Part shown: positions 61,479-64,000 of the stretch, one piece after another | How the letters are laid out: each line of letters opens with the position of its first letter | How positions within the stretch are numbered: position 1 is the stretch's first letter | Assembly: GCF_035084215.1 (NCBI RefSeq) | Contig: NC_090358.1 | Span: forward strand, 8,494,001 to 8,558,000 | DNA from: Heptranchias perlo | Lineage: Eukaryota | Length of the DNA stretch: 64,000 nucleotides | Direction of reading: 5' to 3' | Position numbers and translations under genes: made by a program | Notes under the pieces: model-generated | Database searches by the model: none | Told to the model about the DNA's origin: nothing | The model's input: the letters and a program-made list of their open reading frames with translations, nothing else

Positions 61479-63016
61479 GTATTATTAGAAGGGGAACCTT
61501 GGCTGCATTTTCCCATCCCAGTCCCAAGAGCATAGAGGACAACTGTAATGCCTTAACTTCTGCTGCAACCAATATTAGCTAACTCAGCACAAACCTTCCT
61601 GGTTTGTAAGGATAGACGGTATTTATCTTAAATCAAGGATACCATTAATTTCATGGGGAAGCGGCTGTTTCTCTTGCAATAGTCTATTGACAATATGATT
61701 TGAGGTACAAGTGCAATTGCCCATTATACAAATGGTGCAACTTGTTTAGCTGTCCCTCTCTCTTGCATTAGGGAAGCATATTTTTGTACCATGCTACAAA
61801 GAATGGGCTGAGCGGTGGTAATGTGGGCCCTGAAGTATGCTGTAGTCATTTTATTAGAATTGAGGAGGAGCACTATTGTCCATCCCTGCCATCTACATGA
61901 CACTTAGGAACATTCTACAAGTGCTGCAGTTTTCAGACAATGTCCACACTGAGATGCAGTGCCAGGTGTGAATAGTCAGTTTCATCAAATTTACACCCAG
62001 ATTTCAAAACTGAAATTGCAAATAAATAAATTGCTGATTTTTAAAAATATCTATCTGCTTCTGTACCAAGTTTTGTAATTAACAAAGTTTTGGAGCACAG
62101 CAACATAGTCTGCTTGGAGCTCCAGGCCAAAACTGCAACTATGTTAGTTTTTTGTGTGTTTCAGAGCACTAATTAGATAGAAATTGTGTTTCCTCCACAT
62201 GTATCTCTCTAAATGTTCTGTTAATAGCAAGTTTATTCATTTATTTGCTTGGGTCTTTTTCAAAGCTCCACTAAAGCAGCACTGTTTGAGATAAGAGAAT
62301 GCCTAATTGGTAACCCCTGGGGCTTGTTATGCATACAGGGTATGATAGGGTATTTGTTCATCTTTTCCCGTCATTGGCTCTGCACTCTTAAATTGTAAAA
62401 TGACATTTCTAGTGACAGCTAATTACTCCCCATGAATTATCGTGCCATTCGTGAAGCGTTTGCTACAACAGATCATCCTTGTGCATCCTGGAACAACTCC
62501 ATTATTGCATTCCCAGCCTATAGCATGATTTCCGGAGGTCTGGTGGCTCCAGAGTGTCACCAGAGCAGTCCAAAGTCATACTTTCCTTACTGTTGTTTGC
62601 AACGGAGCTGCGCTAGGACACTCCCCATAATGGGAGCAACCTAGCACGTGGGGAGATCTCACTCAAGGGTCCCCAGTTCGGTGCTAAAATAGCAATTTAA
62701 AACGAAACATCAAATAAGAATATAATTGTAATAAAGATGGACTATTTTGAATGCAAATATATTTTCTTACCATTTATCTTTTCTTTATCTTTCAGATACT
62801 GACTGACCTGCTGTGCATTTTCCAGCATTTTCTGTTTTCATTGTAGACTTCCAGCATTCACACTTTCTTTTTATTCTGCATCCTTTACATTACAAAGGAA
62901 TTTATAATACATTATTCTAGTGCTTCACTCCCACCATACACATCTTTTTCTCTTCAAGAATTACTTCATTTGTATTTTGTGACTTAATCCCTTGTTTCTC
63001 TCCTTTTGTATTTTAG

Positions 63017-63081
63017 GTGTTGCACGTCTCTTTTTTTCTTATGGTGACATTTTTTCCTTGGTAAAAGTTCTCAATGCATTT
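63017..63081 (+). CDS. WDR93: WDR93 next exon (GVARLFFSYGDIFSLVKVLNAF); gene continues beyond the window
   Basis: ttttgtattttag / gtaagt, 65 nt, phase 1/0; G..RLF and LVK..N pattern. Confidence 0.85.
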
Positions 63082-64000
63082 GTAAGTAATATTCTATCAT
63101 GTGAACCATGGGTTTAGAAAGAATAAATCATATATTTTTAATGAGCCATACAGATCAGGAAGATCCCAGGTTTGATCACTGATCTGTGCTTAGTTAGCTG
63201 AATCCAGCTGAGGCACTACAATTGGCCTTAGCAACTCTGCATTAGCAGGGTGGAAGTGAGTTTCTTGGGCTTTTGAGGGTTGGATTTCTAGGGCTCAGGC
63301 CTACAGGTTGAACTTCCTTCCATGCTCAGTGCTAACACTGAAGCTAGATCTTGTGCTGAGCCGTAATGCCAACAAAAATGAGGCACAGCAGGACTTCTAC
63401 CTTACATGAGGATATGCCCCTCACCCTGGCTGAGTTTCCAATTTGAGGGTCATTTGAATAATTTTGGTGGGCTACCCTGGCCTTGAGGCGAGACAGACAC
63501 TTGCCTCAACAGGCCTTCACAGTGCAGTGTGCCCATTGGTCTCTGTGCTGCTCAAGATTTGAAATAATAATCATCGTTTTAAGAAAGGCTCCTAAGTGTC
63601 CACAATATTCAATTGATTGCACAGTCTTCAACCTAAATCGCCCCTCCATGCATAGTGATGCTGGATGCCAAGGATAAACAGGCATCTGTTGTGCTGTGAC
63701 GCCACTGAGAAGATATGTCGGATTTCTGTCATTTCCACGTTATTACAATACTCCAGCCTAAACAGGTGGATGCATTGTACATTACCTGTCATTTCCAGCA
63801 CAAAATCAGACCCATTTCCCTGCCCACTCAGTTCTGCTGAAAAAAAAATTGGCAAAGGAGGTGTGGAAAATCTTAGGCCTGTCCAAAATAATAGCCTTCC
63901 ATATCCCAGTGTCGCATTCTCACCTTCACTGGCGTAAAAAGTTCAGCAAAAACAATGTAATGGGACTATGTGTGCATTGTATGAAACAGTTGAGGATAGC

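Overview
Repeat-rich vertebrate genomic DNA. The repeat complement (DeuSINE-like, LF-SINE-like, CR1, L2, Tx1, Penelope and Harbinger families) points to a cartilaginous fish; this is inferred, not proven. Three intron-containing genes can be reconstructed by hand with GT-AG junctions and consistent phases, in the conserved PLIN1 - PEX11A - WDR93 order. (1) A perilipin, probably PLIN1, on the minus strand: non-coding exon 1 near 35.3 kb, coding exons 31500 to 827, about 380 aa, terminal exon uncertain. (2) A complete PEX11A on the minus strand: 3 exons, 249 aa. (3) The first coding exons of WDR93 on the plus strand, head-to-head with PEX11A. Most ORFs in the supplied track are spurious or transposon debris. 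The most interesting signals are: two short Penelope-derived inserts, each carrying a minimal type I hammerhead ribozyme between 12-bp target duplications; a near full-length single-ORF CR1-group LINE with a tRNA-like Pol III head; a perfect 61-bp-arm palindrome in PLIN1 intron 1; LF-SINE-like heads that supply DR1 (PPRE-like) motifs at both PPAR-target genes; and a shortened, PKA-site-poor perilipin with a possible perilipin-B-like read-through isoform. Repeat boundaries are approximate and family names come from recalled consensus similarity, not from a database search.
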